This document shows positions 1 to 11,081 of a DNA stretch of 64,000 nucleotides, piece after piece. This DNA is from Trichomonas gallinae. Taxonomy: Eukaryota. Under the pieces are notes generated by a model. The model did no database searches. It worked only from the letters and a program-made list of their open reading frames with translations, and was not told the origin of the DNA. The DNA lies in the NCBI GenBank assembly GCA_008369845.1, contig MRSU01005191.1, positions 1 through 64,000 of the forward strand, read 5' to 3'. The position numbers and the translations under genes are program-made. How positions within the stretch are numbered: the stretch's first letter is position 1; every line of letters starts with the position of its first letter.

Positions 1-390
1 CTTCTTGACATCTTCCTCGATCTTTGTGTCAACTAAGATCTTCTCGATGTTAGCTATAAGTTCGGTGCACATGTCGCAGACGAGGCCGTCAGCGTTGCGA
101 GCAACGACGGACTTCTGAGAGCAGAATGAGTATTCAGCGCAGATTTCCTGATCTGGTTTTCCTGCATGAACTTCCTTCAAAATATTGTAAATGTTTTGCT
201 TGAATGTGTTGCACATTGGGACATATTGGGATGGTAATTGAGAGCATCCAGCTGAAAGAGCTTGAGCTATCTGTTCATCTGTGTAACCGGCCTTGATTGC
301 ATCATGTAAAAGGCCCATGCCTGTTATGCAAAGATCACATTGTTCTTCCTTAACAGCGGAAAGTGCTAAGAATGAGAATAAGACAAACAT
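1..390 (-). CDS. Saposin-like (SAPLIP, surfactant-protein-B-type) protein, 5' part; runs off the window edge
   Basis: Not in the ORF track. Manual translation from ATG 390: MFVLFSFLALSAVKEEQCDLC...GCSQLPSQYVPMC...EICAEYSFC then CDMCTELIANIEKIL. This is a signal peptide, one full 6-Cys saposin B domain and the start of a second. Confidence 0.9.
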   Translation of the reverse strand, partial: MFVLFSFLALSAVKEEQCDLCITGMGLLHDAIKAGYTDEQIAQALSAGCSQLPSQYVPMCNTFKQNIYNILKEVHAGKPDQEICAEYSFCSQKSVVARNADGLVCDMCTELIANIEKILVDTKIEEDVKK

Positions 391-3188
391 ATAAGTTAAT
401 TGATTTACTTTTTTACAAAACCGCAAAATCCCCACAAATCTACCCGCTCTTTTGAAAAAGAAATTGCAATAATCTGTTGATGGTAGACAATGAACGCAAC
501 CACACTTCACTTTAAATTCAACATTCTTCACAAAAGTTCTCAAAAAATTCAAGAATAAAACGATTTAAATCAGATGTGACTTGTATGCACATTATTCAGC
601 GTGTTTTCTTAATAAACCATTTTTGAAAAGAAAATTTTAGTCTGCATATTATCACCATGGACATTAAATTATGCCAAATCATTGAGATGTGACTCTCAAA
701 AAATTCATATACGATAACAATTAACAATTCTAACCTTACAATTAATTATTCTATTCTATTTCATGAAAATTTATCATCCCAACTCGACCACGGAAATAAA
801 CGATTTCGATATTAATTTTTGAATATCCATCAATAGAAAACTTAATTTCGTTTTTTAACATCATAGTTGAATGATTTAGTACGACCATTGATATCATTCA
901 CTCAACAGAGATTTGGCGGATAATATTATAATTTTTTTTTCATCCATGGATGAATTTTTTTCCCTCTGTTGACGTTCTGACTATTTATGAATAACTGTGT
1001 GAAATTTGTGGTTATATGGCTTTGTTGTCAATATTCGCTATGTTTAATCAGCGATTTTTTGCTTCAAAACATTTTTTACACATGAGATCACATATGCAAT
1101 TGAGCTATACTGTTGCATACGCTCATATAATCAATGTACATAGATTGGTTATGCGATAAAATGATGATCGTCATTTCAAATAGCCCCTTAATGATATTTT
1201 TAGGGTTTTTATTTAGGATATTTAATTTTTTTGCTGTAATCGAGTAACACCATCAAAGGTTAATAATATAGACTCAAAAAGCTTCAATTCTCAGCTCTAA
1301 TTTAATAATATAGATGCCATCTTATATTTGCAAATTTCATTCAACTTTTCTCCAGAAAAGAATATAATAACAAGATATTACATCTAAATGCAAATAACAT
1401 ACTTTGTTTTGAAAACCTACGGATGGTTTTTGATAATATTTTATATAAATTGGTATTTCGACTACAATGAAAATATATGTCCTTGGTGACATGTCCATCA
1501 GAGTTAGGATTTTACAAAGTGAGCATCAGTTCTTTGAAATTGTTAATCCAGCAAATTTTGATCACCATAATTATACTATAATAATGTTGTATCTGAAAGA
1601 TATAGCACATACAACTAACATATCAATATATTGGGAGAGTGTCAGGCAAATTAATTTTCTTTGAATTTTATTATTTGAAGAAATTGTTAAAAACATGTAA
1701 TATATACATCTACACATTGTATAATCTTTAAATCATAATCGTTTTCTACGAATATATTGATTATTGATTTCTCCAAAATTAATACTCAATATTTTGCTAG
1801 TATATATGATATAATTCAAGATGGAACCACAATAACTATGATCTATATATCCTAATACTACATATAAAATGAATAGAAAATCATTTATTTGGCAATATTT
1901 TACAGTTTGAACTTCAAATATGATTATATAGCTTCTAATTGATTTTATTTGATATATATGATGAAAATATGCAAGGAACTGATTTATTTTTAGATGATTC
2001 ATATAATTTGTAACAAATTATTTTACTTTTATTGAATCAGCTCCAAATTACACAGAAAACTATGTAGAAGATAAATACAATAAACAAATCATTAAATAAG
2101 GAGTTCAAACCGTCAGCAATAATTATTGTGTTCGAATTGGACCTAGACATAAAATATACAACCTATCCCAGGTGTATATACTAGTGTTTCATTAACAGAG
2201 CTCGAGCAGATTATTGGTCAAAATAATTTGGCCAACTAAGCAATAATTTGAAGATTCCTTTATACTGGAATATATAGTGACAATATATACCAACAAGGCC
2301 AAGAATATTCATTACCCTGAACTTTCAAGCGTGCGTAAATTTAAGAATAATATTTTAATTGTGGCACTTTTCTCGATGTAATTCTCTGAAGATTATCTAA
2401 ATTTGTAGTTGATTTTGTATCGTATAAAATTAAATTTATGCCATGTAAATTTTTTTCTTTTGAGTGGGTGGCGTTATTGAACTCATCTTATTGAAATCTT
2501 TTGCGCTTATGCTATTCTACATTTGCAAGTGGATTTTATGAAAGAAAACTTGGATGTTAAAATTTGAAGGATCTAGACAAATTTTTATCGTTTCAATCAA
2601 TTCTTTTTGGAAATGTGACACATTTGAATGGGGTCAAAATTTGAAGGAAGCACATCCGAAAATTTGTTATTATTTACTACATCTATTTTACCAAATGGAT
2701 AAGTTTTTGTGTTTAATTGAAATAAACTACGTCGATTATAATTAACACAATTAATTGATAATTTGAAGGGCCTTAACAAAAATTAAAAATTCGTTCTACA
2801 GGTCACGATCGTTTCTCTAACTGATTCATATACATTATGAAAATTTCAAGCCGATAAAAATATATGTACTAATTCTATACTAAAATATAATTTTGATATA
2901 TCATTCAAATTTTTTTACACTTGTCTAAATTTTTCTTAACCCATCGGCATATTGAATTTGGTGGTGTTAATGCATATTATTCTAGGATTCCTTATATTCT
3001 TAGATATTTTCAAATCATTCATTTTTCTGACATCAGCTTAATTTTCGAAATGACTTGAAAACAGCTTAATTGATCTGTGGGTGTATTCCACTTAACAATT
3101 AATTTACGGGCATTCAAAATTATATTAAAAAAATTCAATATGTTTCAATTAAAGGAAAAAAAAAATTAAGTAGCTCGGTATTTTTTAA

Positions 3189-3713
3189 ATGTCAGGATCG
3201 AAGCAAAACACATCACACACCAGTGCCAAACTCAGAGTTAGAGCCATGCAGGCGATTACTGAAGCTAAAAGACCTTTAGCTGCTAGCGAGATCGAAAGTT
3301 CATTACGAATCAACGACCACCATCTTTTCAAGGAAATCTCTGCCAAATGCGGTGACTATTTACGTGTTATCTTGTCCCTTACTCACAGCGACGTATTTAG
3401 CAAATACAAACCTACTAAACCAATTCATGGTATTGATCGCAGGGCCATTTTTTTTGGTCTCGCTGACGGTGATTACGACCCAGAGCAGTGGAAGCGTGTA
3501 GTCTCAAAATCAAGCAATTCTATGCAAAGTCCCGATAAGGAAAGTTCGCCACAAGAAAAACCGGATGTTAAGGTCATGATACCTACTATTACTAGTGATG
3601 AACCAGAGAAAGAAGATATGAGATCGAAAGAAATCGTTGCTTTCAATTCGCTATTCAATAGTATTGCTGAAGATGAAAATGTTTTATCCTCATGGAACTT
3701 CAATTTCCCATAA
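3189..3713 (+). CDS. Hypothetical protein (174 aa)
   Basis: ATG-initiated ORF, GC-richer than its flanks; folded-looking N-terminal half and low-complexity C-terminal half; no family recognised. Confidence 0.75.
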   Translation: MSGSKQNTSHTSAKLRVRAMQAITEAKRPLAASEIESSLRINDHHLFKEISAKCGDYLRVILSLTHSDVFSKYKPTKPIHGIDRRAIFFGLADGDYDPEQWKRVVSKSSNSMQSPDKESSPQEKPDVKVMIPTITSDEPEKEDMRSKEIVAFNSLFNSIAEDENVLSSWNFNFP

Positions 3714-3937
3714 TCTAACAATTGGCGATGTTAGATCCAGGACCAATCCATTCTATCACACCGGCGTATACATCTATTCTTATTTAACTTTCAAAATAAA
3801 TTCTGTTCATTAATTTTTACTAATTGACTTTCTAATTTTCTTTAGATATGGCATATTTACACCACAATAAAGCTATTCTCAGTTTTACGACAAAAAATTT
3901 TAACGAATTTTGAGGGGGAGACCCTATAATTTTAGCA

Positions 3938-4402
3938 ATGTCGAAAAAAGTGAAAATCGCATATGTACCGAAACCAGTAAAACGCAAAAAATCACCTAAA
4001 AAGAAGTCGAGGTCGCCAGCGGCGAAGAAAGAATTCCAAATATCGCCTTATGTGCCTCGAGAAAAGACAAAAACTATTGAAGATGTTCCTGTGACTAAAA
4101 TCACAGCTGCAAAGTTTCAACAAGTGGTTTTTACAGTAGCTCGATGCGAAAATTGGAATGATACAAAACTAGTTTTAGAAGATATGAAACGTTATTATTT
4201 ATCATATTCGGAAATAGCTCAGATGCTTCATCGCATACCATCAGTGCAAGAAAGGATAAAGGCTGGAAGAATATTATTCAAAAGCCTTAAAGATGTACAA
4301 TCCAATTTTTTCTTATTCATCCAAAGTTTTGCATCAAAGCAGGAACGTGATGGACTAGCCGAAATATACAACATAACACCAAAAGAAGATACATTTCAAT
4401 AA
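3938..4402 (+). CDS. Hypothetical protein, basic N-terminus plus possible DUF4476-like helical domain
   Basis: K/P/S-rich N-terminus; C-terminal pattern (F..V...NDTKL....YYLS..EIA.ML..I.S..ERIKA.RILF..L.D...N) resembles DUF4476 by eye. Stop reads TAAA. Confidence 0.7.
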   Translation: MSKKVKIAYVPKPVKRKKSPKKKSRSPAAKKEFQISPYVPREKTKTIEDVPVTKITAAKFQQVVFTVARCENWNDTKLVLEDMKRYYLSYSEIAQMLHRIPSVQERIKAGRILFKSLKDVQSNFFLFIQSFASKQERDGLAEIYNITPKEDTFQ

Positions 4403-4550
4403 AATACAAAAATCCTTAAGATAAGCGTGATTAATCAATTATATTTGTTATTATATATTTATACATGGAAAAAATTTTAGAAATTGTTCAAAACAAAACA
4501 AAAACACATAATTTTTAATAAATACAAAATAAAAATTTGTTATTATATCG

Positions 4551-6560
4551 TTAATTAATCAATCTTGACATAGCAAGGAGCCTCTCAGTGAGTGGCCTGT
4601 TCACATTATCAGAAATCGATGAGCAATAAGTGATTTCTGTCTTTTGGTTATCATTATTAACATTATATGATTCAGATCTACTCGTTGTGACTTGTTGAGA
4701 AGTGATTTTAGACGTGACTCGCTCCAATGTTGCTATCTCCTTGTTCTTCGACGACAGGGCTTGTCTCAACAAAGTTATCTCGTCTTCTGCTTCAGATAAT
4801 CTTAGCTTTAGTGCTTGGGAGTTTTTGCCGATGTATGTGTTTAACTTTAAGCTTTCTTCTTGTTTCTGCTTGAGCATCACGTTTTCGTGCTTCAACTCCA
4901 TGTTCTGAGCTTTGACGGTCTCAAGGGCTGTTGTTACCTCTTTGAGCGATTGCTTGACTTGCGTGTATTTCTCTGATAATTTAGAAAATTCGTTGTCGTC
5001 GATGCATTTTTCAATGCGAATCTTCAACGCGGAAATATTTTCTTCCAGATCTTCTTCCTTAGCTTTCGCTATTTTTAGTTGGTTCTCCTTCTCTGCAATC
5101 TGTTGCTTCTGTATTTTACTGTATTTCTCTGCATCTTGAAGAATTGCAACCAGTTTTTCAACTTTTTTAGTTAGCTTCGTCTTTTGTGCTGATAACTCTG
5201 CAATGATTTGCAGTGGCTCCTCCTTCTTATCATTCTTAGATCCTACAAGCCACCACCAGTTTCTATAGTCTTTTTCGTACTTTTTAGACGATCCTGTTAG
5301 TCTCTTCCAGCGTTTTAACATCAAAGTGGTAATAATTATTGTTCTTAACGGAGGAACATCAGGTACGCCTTTGAGAGCTGAATGTATGGTGTTAATTCTG
5401 TGTGAAAATTCTCTATTTGCCGCTTCTATGACTTTAACATTCTTCTGAGAGTTCATTAATAATTGTAATTTGTTAACAAGTGTTTGATTCTTTTCAGTTA
5501 GGTTATCAATTGTATCTTGTAGCAAAGATGAATCTTCTCTTAACTGAGAAATCTCTTTTCCGTATTTTTCTGTTTCAGATTGTGTTGCTCCGAGTTCTTT
5601 CAAGGCTCTTCTCAATTGTTTGCGCGTATTTTTGAGCTCTATAGGTAGTTTATCCGCTAATTCGATCTTATCTTCAATTTCTTCAATTAATTTGTTGAAA
5701 TCTGTTAATTGTGGGAAAATTCTTTGAACCATGTCGAGTTTCTCATGTAATTCTTCAATATCATCCTTTTGCGATTCGATAACATTCTGTTGCGCGTGGA
5801 CTTCAGTCTTATATTTTTCGATTTGCTGCTCATTATCTGTTATTCTGTCTGTTAAAGCTTGATGCTCATCTTTCATTTTATGAATGATTTGCCTTAGAGA
5901 AGCAGCTCTTTCATCTGCTTCTTGTTTCTCATTTTCTAGTCTTCTCAACTGTGTTTCCATTTTTCCTTTGTTAACAGTGAGTTTTTCGAGTTCTATATGC
6001 TTCTTAAGCATTGAATCGTTGTTTGTAACATTTTCAGCACGTAATTCAATGACTTGCTTGTGTAATTCGTTGAGATCTTGATCTTTTTTGTCGATAATAT
6101 TTTGAAATTCTCTCTTTTGTTTTTCAAGGAGATTGTTTAGGTCTGCTCTTGTCTTCGCTTCGCTTGCTGTCATGTCTTCTTTGAGTTTTCTGTATGCTTG
6201 ATCTCGTTCTTCGATTTTTTCGCGATATCCTGCTATTTCATCATTCAATGTGCCTGCTATAGTCTGACTATGGGCTAATTCGTCTCTTAATTTAGCAATT
6301 TCGTTTAATAACTTTTTTTCTTTCTTTTCATAAGCGTCTTGTTGCGTTGCCATTTGTTGTTTTAGTGAGTCTACTTGTCGTTTTGTATTTCCAAGTTGTT
6401 GGTGAATATCTAAAAGCTCTCCAAACTTGATTTGCATTTCATCAATCAGCTCATCTTTGTCAACAGAGCTACTTGATTTAGATTCTAGTGATGAGCCTCC
6501 ACTGCCCTCTTTGTTTGATGTATAAGCCAAGGAATTCTGTGAATCCGAAGGCTCATTCAT
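4551..6560 (-). CDS. Long coiled-coil protein (669 aa)
   Basis: Long ORF with E/K/Q/L heptad composition almost throughout. Confidence 0.85.
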   Translation of the reverse strand: MNEPSDSQNSLAYTSNKEGSGGSSLESKSSSSVDKDELIDEMQIKFGELLDIHQQLGNTKRQVDSLKQQMATQQDAYEKKEKKLLNEIAKLRDELAHSQTIAGTLNDEIAGYREKIEERDQAYRKLKEDMTASEAKTRADLNNLLEKQKREFQNIIDKKDQDLNELHKQVIELRAENVTNNDSMLKKHIELEKLTVNKGKMETQLRRLENEKQEADERAASLRQIIHKMKDEHQALTDRITDNEQQIEKYKTEVHAQQNVIESQKDDIEELHEKLDMVQRIFPQLTDFNKLIEEIEDKIELADKLPIELKNTRKQLRRALKELGATQSETEKYGKEISQLREDSSLLQDTIDNLTEKNQTLVNKLQLLMNSQKNVKVIEAANREFSHRINTIHSALKGVPDVPPLRTIIITTLMLKRWKRLTGSSKKYEKDYRNWWWLVGSKNDKKEEPLQIIAELSAQKTKLTKKVEKLVAILQDAEKYSKIQKQQIAEKENQLKIAKAKEEDLEENISALKIRIEKCIDDNEFSKLSEKYTQVKQSLKEVTTALETVKAQNMELKHENVMLKQKQEESLKLNTYIGKNSQALKLRLSEAEDEITLLRQALSSKNKEIATLERVTSKITSQQVTTSRSESYNVNNDNQKTEITYCSSISDNVNRPLTERLLAMSRLIN

Positions 6561-7169
6561 TAAATTTTTGGAAAAATTTTAAACGTCAAGTAAATATCTG
6601 ACACATTACATGACAAATTAATATTTACATGTCAAATAATTTTTCTCTTTATAATCATGAAATCAAACATAATAATTAGAATAATAATCTTTGTTTTAAT
6701 ATACAATAGACCAATGAAATTTGTTTTTTTTTAATGCAACTAACCAATCTCTAATTAATTTAGCAAATATGATTAATATTTCTTTGATTGTATATTCAAC
6801 TTATAAACATAAAGAGATACTACCATTCAACAATTTATGGTGATTAACATGAGATAAATCTGATATGCATATTTCATTTTGGAATAAAGTTTTGTAAAAG
6901 GTAAAACAATGCTAAATAATTATAGCAAATGGATTAGTTTTCGATATTACGCAACATTTGCTGAATTGCAATTCACTTCTTAATAAAGAATTGACAATTT
7001 TAAAATTTGAAAATCATTTCCAATAAAGCAATTCTTTAGCAAATCTATCAATGGATCCTCTTATCACACATAGTCTATATTGTCAAAGTTTGGGGAGATA
7101 ATATAGCACTTTTTAATGAAAATATTTTTGTCTTTGCTTTAACATGATATCATTAAATAGTAGATTTAA

Positions 7170-7224
7170 TCATGTTCCAAGTTATTAAATGCATCATTTA
7201 TAGAATCTAATGCTTCATCCCTGT
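7170..7224 (-). pseudogene. Relic fragment paralogous to the neighbouring gene 7391..9721
   Basis: 7184-7224 matches 8042-8082 at 39/41 nt; relic translates RDEALDSINDAFNNLEH versus gene RDEALDSINDAFNYFEH. Confidence 0.8.
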
Positions 7225-7390
7225 GATGTGAGGTATATATTTTTAAAAATAACACTCAAATGGTATAACTCGCTCATTTCGATGAATATAAACACAGACA
7301 CATGAAAGGTAGCATATTACATATACTGCAAAAAAAAAAAAAAAAAATTAATGAATAAATAATTTACAAACAAAAAATTAATATAAAAAA

Positions 7391-9721
7391 TTAATCATCA
7401 CTTTCATCTTCGTATTCGGTTTCTTCCTCATAATATTCCTCCTCTTCCTCTTCAACGAGCGGAAGACCGCCAAGGCCGAGTGTTTCGGCGACTTTGTTGA
7501 AGTGCTTTGCCGCGCCAGCATGTGTGTACTTGCATTTGTCAGACAGCTGCCTGTACATCTTCATCACAGTGTCGAATGAAGCCTTGACTTCAGCAAAAGC
7601 ATCCTTCCAGAACCCACAGAAAGAGTCGCAAAGGAAAGAGTACTGCAATGTTCTTGCTTCGAGTGCCCTGGCCTCCAGCTTCGTGATCTTTGTGTCTTTG
7701 ACTGCCGACCATTTGTCTTGTATCTCCTGGAACAAGATATTCAGCTCGTTAAGTATTTTCATCTTCAGTTTGTCGATTTCTCTGCTGTAAAGTTCTAATG
7801 CTGAGTCAACTGTGCCAGAAAACGCGACAATGAAGTCTGCCATGCCTTCTGGCGAGTTTTTTGGCTTGTGGAAGATGTTCTTTGGCTTCTTTGAGAGGTC
7901 GTCGTTGACTTTTTGGAGACCTGATAAAATTATCTCAAGTTTATCTATGTTTCTGAGGTCCGTGAAGTTGTTGGAGTCATTTAACTTGTTGATTAAGTTC
8001 GAGAAAACTATCTGGTGGATGGAAATCTCGTGCTCGAAGTAATTAAATGCGTCATTTATCGAATCTAATGCTTCATCCCTGTCATCAGTGTAATCTTGGA
8101 AAGAATCGATGACATTTGATGGGCATTCGATCTCAAAGTGATAATTCGGGTCCATTTCGATGATTAAATCGTTCCAAATCGTTTCTAGGTTCTGGAAGAA
8201 GGCAGACCTTCCGGAATTGACAACAAAATTGAACCAGTTAATGAATTCGTCTCTTGTTGGCGTGATTGTCAACTTTCCTGTGATTTCGTTGAATTCAGCG
8301 ACAATTTTGTGCGGTTTACGTCTGTTCTTTGGCTTTGATAGGAATCTATCAAAGAATCCCATCATCATTTCTTTGTATTTCAAGATTAAAATTCCGTTAT
8401 AACTGATTCTGACTTTTGAGAAAAATGTTGATAAATACTGAATTCTCTCCTTGGCGAGTTTCCTTTCATGGGCCAGAATTTGTTCTCTCATCTTTTCTCG
8501 CCACAAAGATGGAACTTTTGACTTCAAATCGCTTCTAAATTGCTTGAGCGAAGGAGGAACCTGCTCCAATGAGCTGAGTTCTTCAAAGTTAAGCTGAATT
8601 AAAACGCTTGCTGCTCGAATAATCCTGAAAACTTCTGAAATTTGAAGACCAACTTCATCTTTCAAGTGGCTGATCTTCTTATCGAGTTCGTATATTGACT
8701 TATTTGCTGCTTCTTGCAGGTCTTTGAACGTAGCTTCATCATTTCCAATATCGAATTCTTTCGTGTAAACAGTTGCTTGATTTGTTGCGTTAAACACCGA
8801 TTTTCTGATCTTTTCCATTGTGTTGTAGAAGTTTGGAACCGAAACATCAAACTGATTGTTGTAAGTTTGAATAATTTTGTTAAATAACACTTCTCTGAGC
8901 CTCATTCTCCAGTGGTACCATGACCTATACGAAACACGCTTAGTTATCATCTGATTTTCGATAATTTTTGTAAATCTTTCATCTCGAATAAATTGGTCAA
9001 CATCTTGGACTACAGCTGCATTGCCATCAATTCTGACTACACCTGTAGAAGTTAAAACAGTGTATTTGTCTCCAATCATATGATCCGGATAAGTTGTTGG
9101 AATAATTTTATAATTTTTGTCTTCTTCAGACATTTTTTTGCCGATGTAGAACTGCGGATCCCTTGAAACGTAAATGTATTTCAAAACTGACTCTTCTGTC
9201 TGCTCTAGTGGCGGAAGTGGCTTTAAATAAGGAATAACTGAATGTCTTTTAGTTGTGCGCAAAGTTATGAGATTTTTAGCGTTTGGAAGTCGTCTTGTTG
9301 TCTTTGGTTGCGCAAATTCTTGTTTTTCTAAATCATCAACACTTTCAATTCGACTTAAACCTAATTTAGGAATAACTGCTGATGTATCGTAGTTTAATTG
9401 AGATCTGTTCGATCTCGGCGCTCGAGCAGTGAGAGCTTTATTGGGCTCTTTCGGTAAATTAAATGGACTTTGGAAATTTAAATCGGGAACTAAGTCTTTT
9501 GGCGATAAACCGTTGATTGTTTCTGTAAGAAGAGACATTAATATGCCATTCTCATATCCTGCGAGCAGCGGAATGTAAGGTTTTAGGTTAGATGTCATAT
9601 TTATTGTCTGTTTCGCGTTGATTATTTTTGCGAAATAGCTCATAATATCTTTCGGGTGCCCCTTAGCTCCATCAATATCAAAGTATTTATGACATAGATC
9701 AACAAGATCTTTGTCAGACAT
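7391..9721 (-). CDS. Hypothetical protein resembling the N-terminal tail of axonemal dynein heavy chains (DNAH6/14-like), with no motor domain
   Basis: ATG at 9721 (the track starts at the TTG before it). The segment YTVLTSTGVV...DQFIRDERF...RSWYHWRMRLR and LTITPTRDEF resemble the DNAH6-type tail by eye. No P-loop; acidic C-terminus. Confidence 0.6.
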   Translation of the reverse strand: MSDKDLVDLCHKYFDIDGAKGHPKDIMSYFAKIINAKQTINMTSNLKPYIPLLAGYENGILMSLLTETINGLSPKDLVPDLNFQSPFNLPKEPNKALTARAPRSNRSQLNYDTSAVIPKLGLSRIESVDDLEKQEFAQPKTTRRLPNAKNLITLRTTKRHSVIPYLKPLPPLEQTEESVLKYIYVSRDPQFYIGKKMSEEDKNYKIIPTTYPDHMIGDKYTVLTSTGVVRIDGNAAVVQDVDQFIRDERFTKIIENQMITKRVSYRSWYHWRMRLREVLFNKIIQTYNNQFDVSVPNFYNTMEKIRKSVFNATNQATVYTKEFDIGNDEATFKDLQEAANKSIYELDKKISHLKDEVGLQISEVFRIIRAASVLIQLNFEELSSLEQVPPSLKQFRSDLKSKVPSLWREKMREQILAHERKLAKERIQYLSTFFSKVRISYNGILILKYKEMMMGFFDRFLSKPKNRRKPHKIVAEFNEITGKLTITPTRDEFINWFNFVVNSGRSAFFQNLETIWNDLIIEMDPNYHFEIECPSNVIDSFQDYTDDRDEALDSINDAFNYFEHEISIHQIVFSNLINKLNDSNNFTDLRNIDKLEIILSGLQKVNDDLSKKPKNIFHKPKNSPEGMADFIVAFSGTVDSALELYSREIDKLKMKILNELNILFQEIQDKWSAVKDTKITKLEARALEARTLQYSFLCDSFCGFWKDAFAEVKASFDTVMKMYRQLSDKCKYTHAGAAKHFNKVAETLGLGGLPLVEEEEEEYYEEETEYEDESDD

Positions 9722-11081
9722 CAATTTTATTTTCTAACGATTTTCGAAAAAAAAATCATGTAAAATCATACTAAAACTAGTATTCACCAAACAGTTTCTT
9801 TCTAATGCGAAATATTTGGTTTTTAAAGTCTAAATCTTTTTTTAAATTTGAAAATTTTATTTATAGCAAATTAGTTAATTTCTATTTGGCAATAACCAAA
9901 TTTCAGGATTTTAAAAATATAATTAAGTTTATAAATCCAGAAAACGAAACAATATTTTTGTTCAAAATATATCTTAAAATTGATGAATTTTTATTAGAAA
10001 AATATTCCTATTTTCTTATAAAACTTCGATTTTTAATAATATTATAGAGTTATTTTTAAAATAGAAATTAATATTTATAAAGATTACTCTATGCACTATG
10101 CAGATGATTAATGAACGTGACATGGTTTTTTTGATCAACATGTTAAAGTAACATATAATTAAGTGCGTTAAAAATCTATACAGAGATTATTAATCTATAC
10201 CGCACCATCGGCCATAGATGTGCAGGCATATACTAGTGTTTGAGAAATGAATACTGGTGCTGTTTAATGAATATGTTACAAAAAATGATAATAATACGTG
10301 TTTTAGATAGAAAACACAGTAGGATAAGATTGTTCAGATATAAGTAAGAATGGCAATAGTAATAATTTGTCAAATTATCAATATGTTATATACAATGAAT
10401 TTGATGAGATTAAATTTAATATGATTTTAATTGTTTTTACAGGCTATTATATGTTTGATGAATATATTAGTAGTATGTGTGTGTTTTGTGCTTGAAATCA
10501 TTTAGAACTCGAGCTAATCCCGCTTCATGTTTTTGAAGAGTGACGAATCATGGGTGCATTAAATCGAGTCTAGGGGGAATGTACTAGTATCTATGTAATC
10601 TACATAGGGTATCATTTGTTTATATGTATGTACTCAATCATTTTCACCGTAATTTCGCATTATGAACATTGTAATAACTTTTAAGAACAACAGATAGCAA
10701 CATATGTCTTATGTATGATTAAATATCGACCTGCAAGTCGTCATCTAAAATACAATTCTTATGTTCTTAGCTTATAGTTACAGCAAATATTAGCAAGAAG
10801 TTTCGCATTTCCTAAACATTCCTCAGCTAGCAATAGTTTGAATTGTGTCAACTATTGTTCTCTGGACAGTCTAGAAATGCATATAGCTATCTAGAATTTC
10901 ATGCAATCAAATTGATCGAGAACAGCTACTTTTTGCTTCAGATTCATCACTAAATAGATTAATTGAAAAGTTTTGCTCCGTTTTTAATATAACAACGATT
11001 TGTAAAATGATATGTTGGAGGAAATTTGGGTAAATATGAACTATATTAAGCCAGTTAAGTAAAGAATAAAAATACATAATT

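Noticed and set aside
1467..2779. Short ORFs 1467..1664, 1733..2002, 2554..2745, 2597..2779
   Set aside because: I/N/F/Y-rich translations typical of AT-rich non-coding DNA; no family motifs.
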